A DNA stretch of 52,695 nt from Candidatus Omnitrophota bacterium. GTDB lineage: Bacteria; Omnitrophota; Gorgyraeia; Gygaellales; Profunditerraquicolaceae. The translations under genes and the position numbers were made by a program. Positions within the stretch are counted from its first letter, which is position 1. Each line of letters opens with the position of its first letter. This document shows positions 18,386 to 27,106 of this stretch, piece by piece. A model generated the notes under the pieces. The model did not search any database. It was not told where the DNA came from and saw only the letters and a program-made list of their open reading frames with translations. The DNA lies in contig JBAZJY010000003.1 of NCBI GenBank assembly GCA_041651115.1, forward strand, positions 139,829 through 192,523, in the 5' to 3' direction.

Positions 18386-21300
18386 TCAATTAATTTGGCT
18401 ATTAACCCTTTCCCGCACGGGGGCTTTCAACATCCCCTGATATTCCTGAAGCGAACGCGGTTCCCGCTGTTTCCTTTTTACGGATTCTATGCCGTCAACC
18501 GTTGCCCGGGCAGCAGAGATCGTGGTTACATACGGGATCTTATACTGGATAGCCAGCATGCGGATGTAACTGTCATCATGCGCGCTCATTCTGCCGATAG
18601 GGGTATTCACGATCAGCTGGATCTCCTTATTCTTAATCGCGTCGGAAATATTCGGCCTGCCTTCATGCAGCTTTTTGATGAACGTAGATTCAATGCCTTT
18701 TTCTTTTAAGAAACGGTGCGTGCTCTCCGTGCTGAAGAGCTTAAATCCCATTTTCACCAATTTATCAACGATCGGAACAAGCTCCGGCTTATCATTATCA
18801 GTTACCGTAACCAATACATTGCCTTCGGTAGGCAGCCTCGTCCCTACTGCTTCCTGGGCTTTAAAAAATGCCAGGCCAAAATCATCGGCAATGCCCATTA
18901 CTTCGCCGGTTGCGCGCATTTCCGGGCCTAATACCGGGTCGACTTCCGCGAACATGGTAAAAGGAAACACCGCCTCCTTTACCGAAACATAGGGAAGTTT
19001 ACGATTGGCTACAAGTTCAGGAAAATCACTTAGCTTTTTGCCCACCATTAATAATGTGGCAATGCGCGCCAGCGGAATACCGGTAGTTTTTGCCACAAGC
19101 GGCACAGTGCGCGATGCCCGCGGGTTCGCCTCAAGGATATAAACCTCTTTCCCGCAAATAGCGAATTGAATATTGATCAAGCCCACTACTTTTAATTCCC
19201 GGGCGATCTTTTCTGTCCAATCCGCGATAATCTTTAGATGCTCCCGGCTGATCGTCCGTGAAGGAATGGTGCAGGCAGAATCTCCGGAGTGAATGCCGGC
19301 ATGCTCAATATGCTCCATCACCGCCGCCACAAAAACTTCTTTACCGTCGCAAAGCGCGTCAACTTCGCATTCTAAAGCTTTTTCCAGGAAGCGGTCGATC
19401 AACATCGGATACTCCGGGCTGACCTGGATCGCTTCTTTGGCATATTTCACCAGCATCGTCTCGTCATAAATGATTTCCATGCCCCTGCCGCCTAAAACAA
19501 AAGAAGGCCGGACCATTACCGGGTAGCCGATCTCTTTGGCAATGACAACTGCCTCATCTAAAGAAAAAGCGGTTTTTCCTTCGGTCTGGCGGATACCCAG
19601 CTCGATCATTTTCTGGCGGAAAAGCTCGCGGTCTTCGGCAAAGGCAATACTCTGCGTGCTTGTGCCGAGGATATTCACTCCGTTACGCTCCAGCTCGGCT
19701 GCGATATTTAACGGAGTCTGTCCGCCAAATTGCACGATTGCGCCTTGCGGCTTTTCTTTTTCCCAGATCGTTAAAACATCTTCTACGGTCAAAGGCTCAA
19801 AATAAAGCTTATTGGAAGTATCGTAATCAGTGGAAACCGTCTCGGGATTACAATTAATCATGATCGTTTCAATGCCCTCATCGCGCAAGGCAAACGCGGC
19901 ATGCACGCAGGTATAATCAAACTCAATGCCCTGACCAATGCGGTTTGGCCCGCCGCCCAAGATGAGTATCTTTTTATTGCCGGAAACCGGCACCAGGTCC
20001 TTACCCGGAGCATAGGTGGAATAATAATAGGCTGCGTCTTTTACCCCGCTTACCGGCACCGGTTCAAAGCGGGCATTGCCAACGATCTTCTTCCTGCGGC
20101 TGCGCACCTCTTCTTCTTTAACCTTGAATATTTTAGCCAAATACTTATCGCTAAAGCCCCATGTCTTGGCTTTGCGCAGATCATCATCGGAAAGCTTTTG
20201 CCATCCGCGCTTGAGCATGGCTTCTTCGAAATTCACCAACTCCTGCATTTCCTTGATAAAATATTTGCCGATGAAAGTCATATTATAGAGATCATCCACA
20301 GACATGCCCTTACGCAAGGCTTCATACATCAGAAAGACGCGCTCGCTGGAAGGATATGCCAAGCGCAGTTTTAATTCCTCCAGGGATAAATCGGGAAAAT
20401 CCTTGGCAAACCCTAGCCCTGACCTTCCGGTTTCAAGCGAACGGATGGATTTCTGGAAAGATTCTTTAAAAGTCTTGGCAATGCTCATTACTTCGCCTAC
20501 GGCCTTCATCTGCGTGCCGAGTATATCTTTGGCGCGGCGGAATTTCTCAAAAGCCCAGCGGGCAAATTTAACCACCACATAATCGCCCCAGGGCTCGTAT
20601 TTATCCAGCGTATCTTTTCTCCAATAGGGCATCTCATTAAGGCTAAGCCCGGCAGCTAATTTCGTGGAAACCCGGGCAATGGGAAAGCCGGTTGCCTTAG
20701 AAGCAAGCGCGGATGAGCGCGAAGTACGCGGATTAATCTCAATGGCAACTACGCGACCGTCTTTAAGGTTATGCGCGAACTGAATGTTTGTTCCGCCGAC
20801 AACGCCGATTGCGTCAACGATCTTATAAGAATAATCCTGCAGTTTTTTTTGCAGCTCCTGCGGTACAGTGAGCATCGGGGCAACGCAAAAGCTATCGCCG
20901 GTATGCACGCCCATAGCATCAACGTTTTCAATAAAACAGACCGTAATCTTTTTGCCCAGTTCATCCCGCACTACTTCAAGTTCCAGCTCTTCCCATCCGA
21001 TTAATGCCTCTTCGATCAATATCTGATGGATCAAGCTGGCATTCAGCCCGCGCCGGGATAACGTAGAGAGGTCATCTTCATTATAAGCAATGCCGCCTCC
21101 GGTCCCACCCATGGTATAGGCAGGCCGCACTACCACCGGAAGGCCTAATTTACGCGCGACTTTCAGCGCATCCTCTTCAGTAAGGCAAATCTCCGAACGC
21201 GGCACCGGAATACCAAGTTTTTTCATGGTATCTTTAAATGCCTCGCGATCCTCTCCGCGTTCAATCGCATCAGCCTTGACCCCGATGATCTTGACTTTAT

Positions 21301-21631
21301 ATTTATCCATAACTCCTGCCTTATACAAAGCAGAAGATAAGTTTAAACCTGTTTGACCGCCTAAATTTGGCAGCAGCGCGTCCGGCTTTTCTTTGGCGAT
21401 GATCGCAGTCAAGCTTTCCACTGTCAACGGCTCTATGTAGGTATGGTCAGCCATGCCCGGGTCAGTCATAATCGTCGCGGGATTGGAATTCACCAGGACG
21501 ATCTCATAACCCTCCTCGCGCAAGGCCTTACAGGCCTGGGTCCCTGAATAATCAAATTCACAGGCCTGGCCGATAATGATCGGGCCGGATCCAATAATCA
21601 AGACTTTCTTAATATCTTTTCTTCTGGGCAT
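18386..21631 (-). CDS. carB: Carbamoyl-phosphate synthase large subunit
   Basis: 1081 aa. N-terminal KKVLIIGSGPIIIGQACEFDYSG. Duplicated ATP-grasp halves and a C-terminal MGS-like domain. No carA in the window. Confidence 0.95.
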   Translation of the reverse strand: MPRRKDIKKVLIIGSGPIIIGQACEFDYSGTQACKALREEGYEIVLVNSNPATIMTDPGMADHTYIEPLTVESLTAIIAKEKPDALLPNLGGQTGLNLSSALYKAGVMDKYKVKIIGVKADAIERGEDREAFKDTMKKLGIPVPRSEICLTEEDALKVARKLGLPVVVRPAYTMGGTGGGIAYNEDDLSTLSRRGLNASLIHQILIEEALIGWEELELEVVRDELGKKITVCFIENVDAMGVHTGDSFCVAPMLTVPQELQKKLQDYSYKIVDAIGVVGGTNIQFAHNLKDGRVVAIEINPRTSRSSALASKATGFPIARVSTKLAAGLSLNEMPYWRKDTLDKYEPWGDYVVVKFARWAFEKFRRAKDILGTQMKAVGEVMSIAKTFKESFQKSIRSLETGRSGLGFAKDFPDLSLEELKLRLAYPSSERVFLMYEALRKGMSVDDLYNMTFIGKYFIKEMQELVNFEEAMLKRGWQKLSDDDLRKAKTWGFSDKYLAKIFKVKEEEVRSRRKKIVGNARFEPVPVSGVKDAAYYYSTYAPGKDLVPVSGNKKILILGGGPNRIGQGIEFDYTCVHAAFALRDEGIETIMINCNPETVSTDYDTSNKLYFEPLTVEDVLTIWEKEKPQGAIVQFGGQTPLNIAAELERNGVNILGTSTQSIAFAEDRELFRQKMIELGIRQTEGKTAFSLDEAVVIAKEIGYPVMVRPSFVLGGRGMEIIYDETMLVKYAKEAIQVSPEYPMLIDRFLEKALECEVDALCDGKEVFVAAVMEHIEHAGIHSGDSACTIPSRTISREHLKIIADWTEKIARELKVVGLINIQFAICGKEVYILEANPRASRTVPLVAKTTGIPLARIATLLMVGKKLSDFPELVANRKLPYVSVKEAVFPFTMFAEVDPVLGPEMRATGEVMGIADDFGLAFFKAQEAVGTRLPTEGNVLVTVTDNDKPELVPIVDKLVKMGFKLFSTESTHRFLKEKGIESTFIKKLHEGRPNISDAIKNKEIQLIVNTPIGRMSAHDDSYIRMLAIQYKIPYVTTISAARATVDGIESVKRKQREPRSLQEYQGMLKAPVRERVNSQIN

Positions 21632-21643
21632 GAAAAAGCCTCC

Positions 21644-22189
21644 TTAATGAACGCCTTCCATCTCTTTTACGAGTAATTTATATTTCTCATGGATCAGGTT
21701 ACGGTCAAACTCATTAAACTCGCAGATCATCTGATCTTTTTCCCGGGAAGTAAAAAGTTCCATACAGGGCAGGAAGAAACGTTTATCTTCTTTTTGGATG
21801 TGCGCAGGATACAGGTCTACGACCGTCTTTACCGCCGCGCGAATATCGTTAAACGCAGTTTTATCCCCGGCAATATATCTTTCTCTTGCGCAGCTCAATT
21901 CTTTAATAGTATTTCTGGAAATAATGTGCTCCTGGACCAACTCTTGAAGGATCTTGGCAAGCTCTGCGGGCAGGTTTTTTTTCTTCAGGTCGCGAAACAA
22001 AATATCTTCTTCTTTGCCATGATGGCAGCGGTCGGCATAGACGCGCATAAAATCTATTGCCTTTGCGATAAAATCAACGTCTACGGCCCGGGCCTTCTCA
22101 ATCCTGTCCAGATGCGCCTGCCAAAGCCTGATCACCCGCTCGATTAGCCGGTGTTCGATCATTAATTGGCCTACGGGAAGCATAAACAC
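21644..22189 (-). CDS. Hemerythrin HHE cation-binding domain protein
   Basis: 181 aa. Contains LMIEHRLIERV, ADRCHHGKEEDILF and a downstream H/E-containing helix. Confidence 0.65.
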   Translation of the reverse strand: MFMLPVGQLMIEHRLIERVIRLWQAHLDRIEKARAVDVDFIAKAIDFMRVYADRCHHGKEEDILFRDLKKKNLPAELAKILQELVQEHIISRNTIKELSCARERYIAGDKTAFNDIRAAVKTVVDLYPAHIQKEDKRFFLPCMELFTSREKDQMICEFNEFDRNLIHEKYKLLVKEMEGVH

Positions 22190-22199
22190 CTCTACTTTT

Positions 22200-22640
22200 T
22201 TATTTGCGCCAGGGCTTTACCTGGTCTCTCTTTTTACGCCAGCGCAGTGGATTATCCCGGGGCCTCGGCCGTGGCTTAGGCTCTTTCGGCATCTCGATCA
22301 GCCCGCGCTTTTTCATATAGCTGCGCGTACGCCTGCCGCCTTTGTATGTCCCCGGTTTATTAAGAACGGGCTGCTTGCCGATGCGGGTTTCTATTTTAGT
22401 GCGCGCGGGATTGACATCAAGGACGCGGCCCATAAATTCCTTACCGTTAAGGCCGGCTATTGCGGTAAGCGCCTGCTCTTCATCGGACATCTCCACAAAA
22501 CCAAAACCTCTTGATTTAGGCGTTTTTTTCTCTTTGCGCATCACGATCGCCACGGAAGCAACATTCCCAAAACCCTCAAAGAGCTTACGCACGTCTTCCT
22601 GGGTGGAGTTAAACGACAAATTACCCACAAAAATATTCAT
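22200..22640 (-). CDS. RRM-domain RNA-binding protein with a basic tail
   Basis: 146 aa. RNP2 IFVGNL, RNP1 RGFGFVEM, and an Arg/Lys/Pro-rich C-terminus. Confidence 0.85.
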   Translation of the reverse strand: MNIFVGNLSFNSTQEDVRKLFEGFGNVASVAIVMRKEKKTPKSRGFGFVEMSDEEQALTAIAGLNGKEFMGRVLDVNPARTKIETRIGKQPVLNKPGTYKGGRRTRSYMKKRGLIEMPKEPKPRPRPRDNPLRWRKKRDQVKPWRK

Positions 22641-22670
22641 CTTAGCCTATCCGGTTTTTTAAGTATACGG

Positions 22671-22721
22671 AAAAAGGGCGTTCCGCTATTTTTCGATTTA
22701 TCCGAAAATATAGAAACGCCC
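22671..22721 (-). terminator. Hairpin plus U-run between the zinc-ribbon gene and the RRM gene
   Basis: Minus strand: GGGCGTT..ATTTTCG-gataaat-CGAAAAT..AACGCCC, followed by TTTTT. Confidence 0.4.
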
Positions 22722-22727
22722 CTTTTT

Positions 22728-22892
22728 TTAACGACCTTCGTTCTTACGTTTTGAATAACATTCCTTGCAGTATATCGGACGGTCTTCTCTGGGTTTAAAC
22801 GGGACTTCGCATTCTTTTTTGCATTCTGAACAAATTGCCTTATGCATTTCCCGCGGCCCACCGCCGAATCCACCACCACCTTGATATCCCAT
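22728..22892 (-). CDS. CxxC-x17-CxxC zinc-ribbon small protein (not in the ORF track)
   Basis: 54 aa: MGYQGGGGFGGGPREMHKAICSECKKECEVPFKPREDRPIYCKECYSKRKNEGR. RBS GGAGG lies 4 nt before the ATG at 22892 and the TAA stop is at 22728-22730. It replaces the out-of-frame 80-aa track ORF 22637-22879. Confidence 0.75.
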   Translation of the reverse strand: MGYQGGGGFGGGPREMHKAICSECKKECEVPFKPREDRPIYCKECYSKRKNEGR

Positions 22893-22915
22893 GTTTCCTC
22901 CTTTTCAATGATGAT

Positions 22916-22943
22916 ATTATAGAACTTTTAAAAAAGACTGCAA
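22916..22943 (-). promoter_or_regulatory. Possible promoter for the zinc-ribbon gene
   Basis: Minus strand: TTGCAG (22938-22943), a 16-nt spacer, then a perfect TATAAT (22916-22921). The -35 is weak. Confidence 0.3.
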
Positions 22944-22951
22944 GTATTTCT

Positions 22952-23122
22952 TTATTCTAAGGCAGGCTGGTCATTGGGGGCTTGTCCGGGCTCAGGCGTA
23001 GCCTCTGCCGCGGCCTCTGCCGCTTTCTTATCCAGCTTTCTTTGTTTTTTCTCCTCCGCCTTCTTTTTCCGATCTAATTCTTTCTGATACTTTTTATATG
23101 AATAGTTATCTCTTGCCAACAT
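22952..23122 (-). CDS. Small Lys-rich hypothetical protein (not in the ORF track)
   Basis: 56 aa: MLARDNYSYKKYQKELDRKKKAEEKKQRKLDKKAAEAAAEATPEPGQAPNDQPALE. AAGGAGG lies immediately upstream, but the spacing to the ATG is short (2-3 nt). It fills the gap between uup and the zinc-ribbon gene. Confidence 0.4.
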   Translation of the reverse strand: MLARDNYSYKKYQKELDRKKKAEEKKQRKLDKKAAEAAAEATPEPGQAPNDQPALE

Positions 23123-23153
23123 GTCCTCCTTTCTAAAATCTTCAGCTATCTTG

Positions 23154-25046
23154 CTATTCTGCTAATTCTACCAGATAATCCCATCTTTCGCACGCTTTTT
23201 GTAACTCCTCGGACAGGGACGCGGACCTGGCTTTGGTTTGGCTGATTTCCGCGGAGTCCCGCTGGTAAAAAGAAATGTCCGCGAACAGCTTATAGAGCGT
23301 TTTCTGCTCCTCTTCTAACTTTTCAATTTTTGCAGGAAGGCTGTCTAGCTCCTGCTGCTCTTTATAGGTAAGCTTGCGCGGGACAATCGGCTTTACCTTC
23401 TTTACGGGCTCTTTTTTGGCTTTAGTCTTTTCCGGTTCAGGTTTTGATATTGGCTGGCGCTGGTTTAACCAATCATCATAACCTCCGGGATATTCATTAA
23501 TTATGCCGTTGCCTTCCAAAACAATAGTTGAGGTAACCACGTTATTCAAGAACGCGCGGTCATGACTGACTAAAAGCAGCGTGCCCGGATACTCAAGAAG
23601 TAATTCCTCAAGGAGCTCCAAGGTCTCAATGTCTAAATCATTGGTAGGCTCATCCATCACCAGCACATTAGAAGGCTTGGAAAACAGCCGCGCCAGGAAC
23701 AGGCGGTTGCGCTCTCCGCCGGAAAGGACCTTTACCTGCGTACGGGCGCGGTCAGGCGCAAAAAGAAAATCCTGCAGATATCCCAGGATATGCCGGGGCT
23801 TACCGTTAATGATTATCGTCTCGCTTTCGCCGTTTATATTCTCGGCAACTGTCTTTTCTTCATCCAACTGCTCGCGCAGCTGATCGTAATAAGCAACCTC
23901 TAAGTTTGTTCCCGGGGTGACTTTTCCTCTTTGCGGCTCAAGCTTGCCCAATAGAATGCGCAGCAACGTAGTCTTGCCGCTGCCGTTAGGACCGATCACT
24001 CCGATCTTATCCTGGCGCATGATCTGGGTGGAAAAATCCCGGATCAAACACTTATCACCGTAAGTAAAACTTAACTGACTGGCCTTGATTACTTTGTGCC
24101 CGGAAAGAATGGATTTTTGCGCCCGCATGCGTACCTGGCCCTCTTGCTTGCGCTGGGTCTTCTTTTCTTCTCTTAAGCGTTCCAGCGCCTTGACCCGGCC
24201 TTCATTGCGGCACCTCCTTGCCTTAACTCCCTGACGGATCCATATTTCTTCTTCGGCTAATTTTTTATCAAAATGGTCCCACTCTGACTCTTCAATATCC
24301 AATGCCGCCTGCTTGCGCTCAAGAAAAGTTTTGTAACCGCATGCCCAGCTGTAGATCTTGCCCCGGTCAAGTTCAACGATCCTGGTCGCTAAATGCGTCA
24401 TGAACATCCGGTCATGGGTAACAAAGAAAATTGTTCCCGGATAGCCGGAAAGAAATCCTTCCAGCCAATTAATTGAATCAATGTCCAGGTGGTTGGTAGG
24501 TTCATCAAGGAGCAAAACCTCGGGCTTTAAGACAAGGGCGCGGGCTAAAAACACCCGGCGCTTTTGTCCGCCGGAAAGGCTTTTAAAATCCATTTCACCG
24601 TCAAGCTTCATCCGGTCAATAACATATTCAACCTGGTTATTCACGTCCCAGCTATTGGTATGATCTAACTCCGCCTGCAGATCATCAAGCTGTTTCAGTA
24701 ATTCGGGAGTGTGTTCCGTATGAAGCCGATGGGTTAATTGATGATACCGGCTTAAAAGATTGGCGCGCTCCCCCAAGCCGGAAAGGACAATATCAAAAAC
24801 ACTTCCCTCCATATCAACCGGCACTTCCTGGGGCAGATGCGTGACCTGGACGCCTTTTTGAACGATGATCTTTCCCTCATCAGGCTCAAGCTGGCCAGCC
24901 ATCATTTTCATAAGGGTAGTTTTACCTGCGCCGTTACGGCCAAGCAGGGCAACGCGCTCCCCGGGCTCCAATTGAAGATTCAGCTGGTCAAAGATAAGCG
25001 GGCCGCTAAATTTAAGTGTGGTTTCCTGTATGCTGATCAATGCCAT
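23154..25046 (-). CDS. uup: ABC-F family ATPase (Uup-like)
   Basis: 630 aa. Two ABC cassettes (GRNGAGKTT and GPNGSGKTT, with LSGGQKRR and LSGGERNR). No TM domain. C-terminal coiled-coil tail. Confidence 0.85.
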   Translation of the reverse strand: MALISIQETTLKFSGPLIFDQLNLQLEPGERVALLGRNGAGKTTLMKMMAGQLEPDEGKIIVQKGVQVTHLPQEVPVDMEGSVFDIVLSGLGERANLLSRYHQLTHRLHTEHTPELLKQLDDLQAELDHTNSWDVNNQVEYVIDRMKLDGEMDFKSLSGGQKRRVFLARALVLKPEVLLLDEPTNHLDIDSINWLEGFLSGYPGTIFFVTHDRMFMTHLATRIVELDRGKIYSWACGYKTFLERKQAALDIEESEWDHFDKKLAEEEIWIRQGVKARRCRNEGRVKALERLREEKKTQRKQEGQVRMRAQKSILSGHKVIKASQLSFTYGDKCLIRDFSTQIMRQDKIGVIGPNGSGKTTLLRILLGKLEPQRGKVTPGTNLEVAYYDQLREQLDEEKTVAENINGESETIIINGKPRHILGYLQDFLFAPDRARTQVKVLSGGERNRLFLARLFSKPSNVLVMDEPTNDLDIETLELLEELLLEYPGTLLLVSHDRAFLNNVVTSTIVLEGNGIINEYPGGYDDWLNQRQPISKPEPEKTKAKKEPVKKVKPIVPRKLTYKEQQELDSLPAKIEKLEEEQKTLYKLFADISFYQRDSAEISQTKARSASLSEELQKACERWDYLVELAE

Positions 25047-25060
25047 AAATTTTCCATTCC

Positions 25061-25107
25061 CTAAGAAAACAAAGGCCCGGCATCCTTAAAAAAAGATACC
25101 GGGCCTT
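25061..25107 (-). terminator. Rho-independent terminator after csp
   Basis: Minus strand: AAGGCCCGG, an 18-nt loop, CCGGGCCTT, then TGTTTTCTT. Stem arms are at 25072-25080 and 25099-25107. Confidence 0.6.
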
Positions 25108-25118
25108 ATTGTTTTAGC

Positions 25119-25319
25119 TTATAACTTGACTACGTTAGTAGCCTGTTCGCCTTTCGGGCCTTGTTCAATATTGAACTCAACCTGCTGGCCTTCAGCTAAA
25201 GTCTTGAATCCCTCGCCCTGGATCGCAGAATGATGTACGAAGACATCCTTTCCGTTTTCCGGAGTGACAAATCCATAACCCTTCTGATCATTGAACCACT
25301 TCACTATTCCTTTTGCCAT
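25119..25319 (-). CDS. Cold-shock protein (CspA family)
   Basis: 66 aa. [18 protein letters not shown] (RNP1) and DVFVHHSAI (RNP2). Strong RBS AAGGAGGT. Confidence 0.95.
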   Translation of the reverse strand: MAKGIVKWFNDQKGYGFVTPENGKDVFVHHSAIQGEGFKTLAEGQQVEFNIEQGPKGEQATNVVKL

Positions 25320-25420
25320 TGTTTGTTACCTCCTTTTCTTGCAATTAGTAAACTGCGTTAGAAATCCTTATCATCTTTACCTGCCTAGAATCCTTGGATT
25401 CCTAACGGGGCAAACAATGA

Positions 25421-25464
25421 CAAAAACAAAAAAAACCGTAAGGTCAGATATCCTACCCTTACGG
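25421..25464 (-). terminator. Terminator-like hairpin plus U8 inside the csp leader
   Basis: Minus strand: CCGTAAGG, a 13-nt loop, CCTTACGG (perfect 8 bp; arms at 25457-25464 and 25436-25443), then TTTTTTTTGTTTTTG. Confidence 0.55.
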
Positions 25465-25493
25465 CCTAAGACTTCTAAACTTTTACTATACCG

Positions 25494-25521
25494 AGTATAC
25501 CACCTTTTTGCAGTTTGTCAA
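25494..25521 (-). promoter_or_regulatory. Sigma70-type promoter upstream of csp
   Basis: Minus strand: TTGACA (25516-25521), a 16-nt spacer, then TATACT (25494-25499). This predicts a leader of roughly 170 nt. Confidence 0.55.
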
Positions 25522-25568
25522 GCGATAATCTATAACAGGGACGTCCTTTAAGGTACCACCCTTACGAT

Positions 25569-27059
25569 TTACCAGGCAACCGGAAAATAATCTTTTAAGA
25601 ATTTGCCGCACCAGTGCTTACCGGTCAGGATCCCGTCAAAAAACGGGTCGCATACCCTGGCCGCGCCGTCTACGATATCCAGCGGAGGCTGAAAATCGTG
25701 CACCTCCTGCTTTCGCGCGGAAAGCGCAGCCGGGTCCTCATCAGTTACCCATCCGGTATCTACGGAATTCATAAAGATCCCGCTTTTTGCCAGATCGCTT
25801 GCCGAAGTATGCGTCAGCATATTCAGGGCAGCTTTAGCCATATTAGTATGCGGATGGCGGTCGGTCTTGATATAACGCAGGAATTTGCCTTCCATAGCCG
25901 AGACATTCACGATATGCTTTTGCCCGGTATTCTGGCGCTTCATCATCACTGATAACCGGTTACAAAGCACAAAAGGCGCAATATTGTTTACCAGCTGGAT
26001 CTCAAGCATTTCTGCTGTCGGTACTTCACCCAAGCGAAGCCGCCAGCTGTTTACCGAGCGCAGGTCCACCTGCTGCAGGTCAGCGTCTAATTTTCCTTTG
26101 GGGAAAACTTTTTCCGCGGGCAAAGTATGATCGTAGGCATAGGGGACCTGGGAAAGTTTTGCCGAGGCAAAGATCCCCACCCCCGGAGCTTTGCCGTTCC
26201 AGGTTACCGGAAGCTGCGCGTCTACTATCCGGGCATTATCAGAAACCGCTAAAAGCTTCTTTTTGCAATCTTCAAAAGGCCTAAGCAGCATCTGGGCGTC
26301 TGGCGGCAGGTCTTCATATCTTTGGTTTTCTTTCTCCATTAGATGCGAATAAAATCCCGGCGGACGCCTGACTGTTTGGGCAGCGTTATTGATCAATATA
26401 TCCAGGCGGTCGTATCTTTGCTCAATGAAATTGCAGAAAATCTCTATGCTGGGAGTATGGCGCAGGTCCAGTCCGTAAATATGCAGCCGGTCTTTCCAAT
26501 TTGCAAAATCGCTTTCGCGGGAATAACGCAGCGCGGAATCTACGGGGAAGCGCGTAGTAGCGATCACGTGGGCTCCGGCGCGCAGCATCATTAACGTTGC
26601 CTGATAGCCGATCTTTAAACGTGAGCCGGTGATTAAAGCAACCTGCCCGGGCAGGGGAGCAGTCTGGAAGCGTTTTTTGTAATTAAACTCCGCGCAGCGC
26701 GGGCACATGGAATCGTAAAAAAAGTGCACCTGCGTAAATGGGGTTTTACAGATATAGCAATCGCGCGGGGATACTAATTCCGGCTGTCCGCGTTTTGTTT
26801 CAGCCTCCTGGAGCGCGATCTGCGCAGGCGCGGTAAATACAGCTGATTCGCGGGCGCTGCGTATGCCGGTTGCGGCGCGCACGCTCCGCTCATAATTAAT
26901 GACCTTTTGTTTTTTAACGCGGCGGCAATCCCTTTTGCGCTTTCTTATTTCATCCCGGTCAGGCCGGGAGATCTGCCCGGCTGCGGTTATCAACGCGACC
27001 CTCTGCTCTTTAGTCAAATGGGCCAGCTGTTCGCTATTTTCCGCCAGGTCCTTAAGCAC
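25569..27059 (-). CDS. SDR-family oxidoreductase with a long N-terminal extension and zinc ribbon
   Basis: 496 aa with a GTG start. Rossmann motif [11 protein letters not shown] and NNAA. The N-terminal 130 aa are basic and contain CYIC...CPRC. Confidence 0.7.
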   Translation of the reverse strand: MLKDLAENSEQLAHLTKEQRVALITAAGQISRPDRDEIRKRKRDCRRVKKQKVINYERSVRAATGIRSARESAVFTAPAQIALQEAETKRGQPELVSPRDCYICKTPFTQVHFFYDSMCPRCAEFNYKKRFQTAPLPGQVALITGSRLKIGYQATLMMLRAGAHVIATTRFPVDSALRYSRESDFANWKDRLHIYGLDLRHTPSIEIFCNFIEQRYDRLDILINNAAQTVRRPPGFYSHLMEKENQRYEDLPPDAQMLLRPFEDCKKKLLAVSDNARIVDAQLPVTWNGKAPGVGIFASAKLSQVPYAYDHTLPAEKVFPKGKLDADLQQVDLRSVNSWRLRLGEVPTAEMLEIQLVNNIAPFVLCNRLSVMMKRQNTGQKHIVNVSAMEGKFLRYIKTDRHPHTNMAKAALNMLTHTSASDLAKSGIFMNSVDTGWVTDEDPAALSARKQEVHDFQPPLDIVDGAARVCDPFFDGILTGKHWCGKFLKDYFPVAW

Positions 27060-27106
27060 ATCAATGCATTCTTCTATTTTTGCGGCTTTATCTAAGGAAG
27101 GTCCTT

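Noticed and set aside
22637-22879. 80-aa minus-strand track ORF (MVVDSAVGRGKCIRQ...).
   Set aside because: It is out of frame with the convincing CxxC-x17-CxxC gene (22728-22892) and overlaps the RRM gene start. It also runs through a terminator-like hairpin and has no recognisable motifs.
25341-25370. Nine-codon uORF (ATGATAAGGATTTCTAACGCAGTTTACTAA) in the csp leader.
   Set aside because: It is too short, it has only a weak SD-like AGG upstream, and I cannot assess conservation. It is probably fortuitous.
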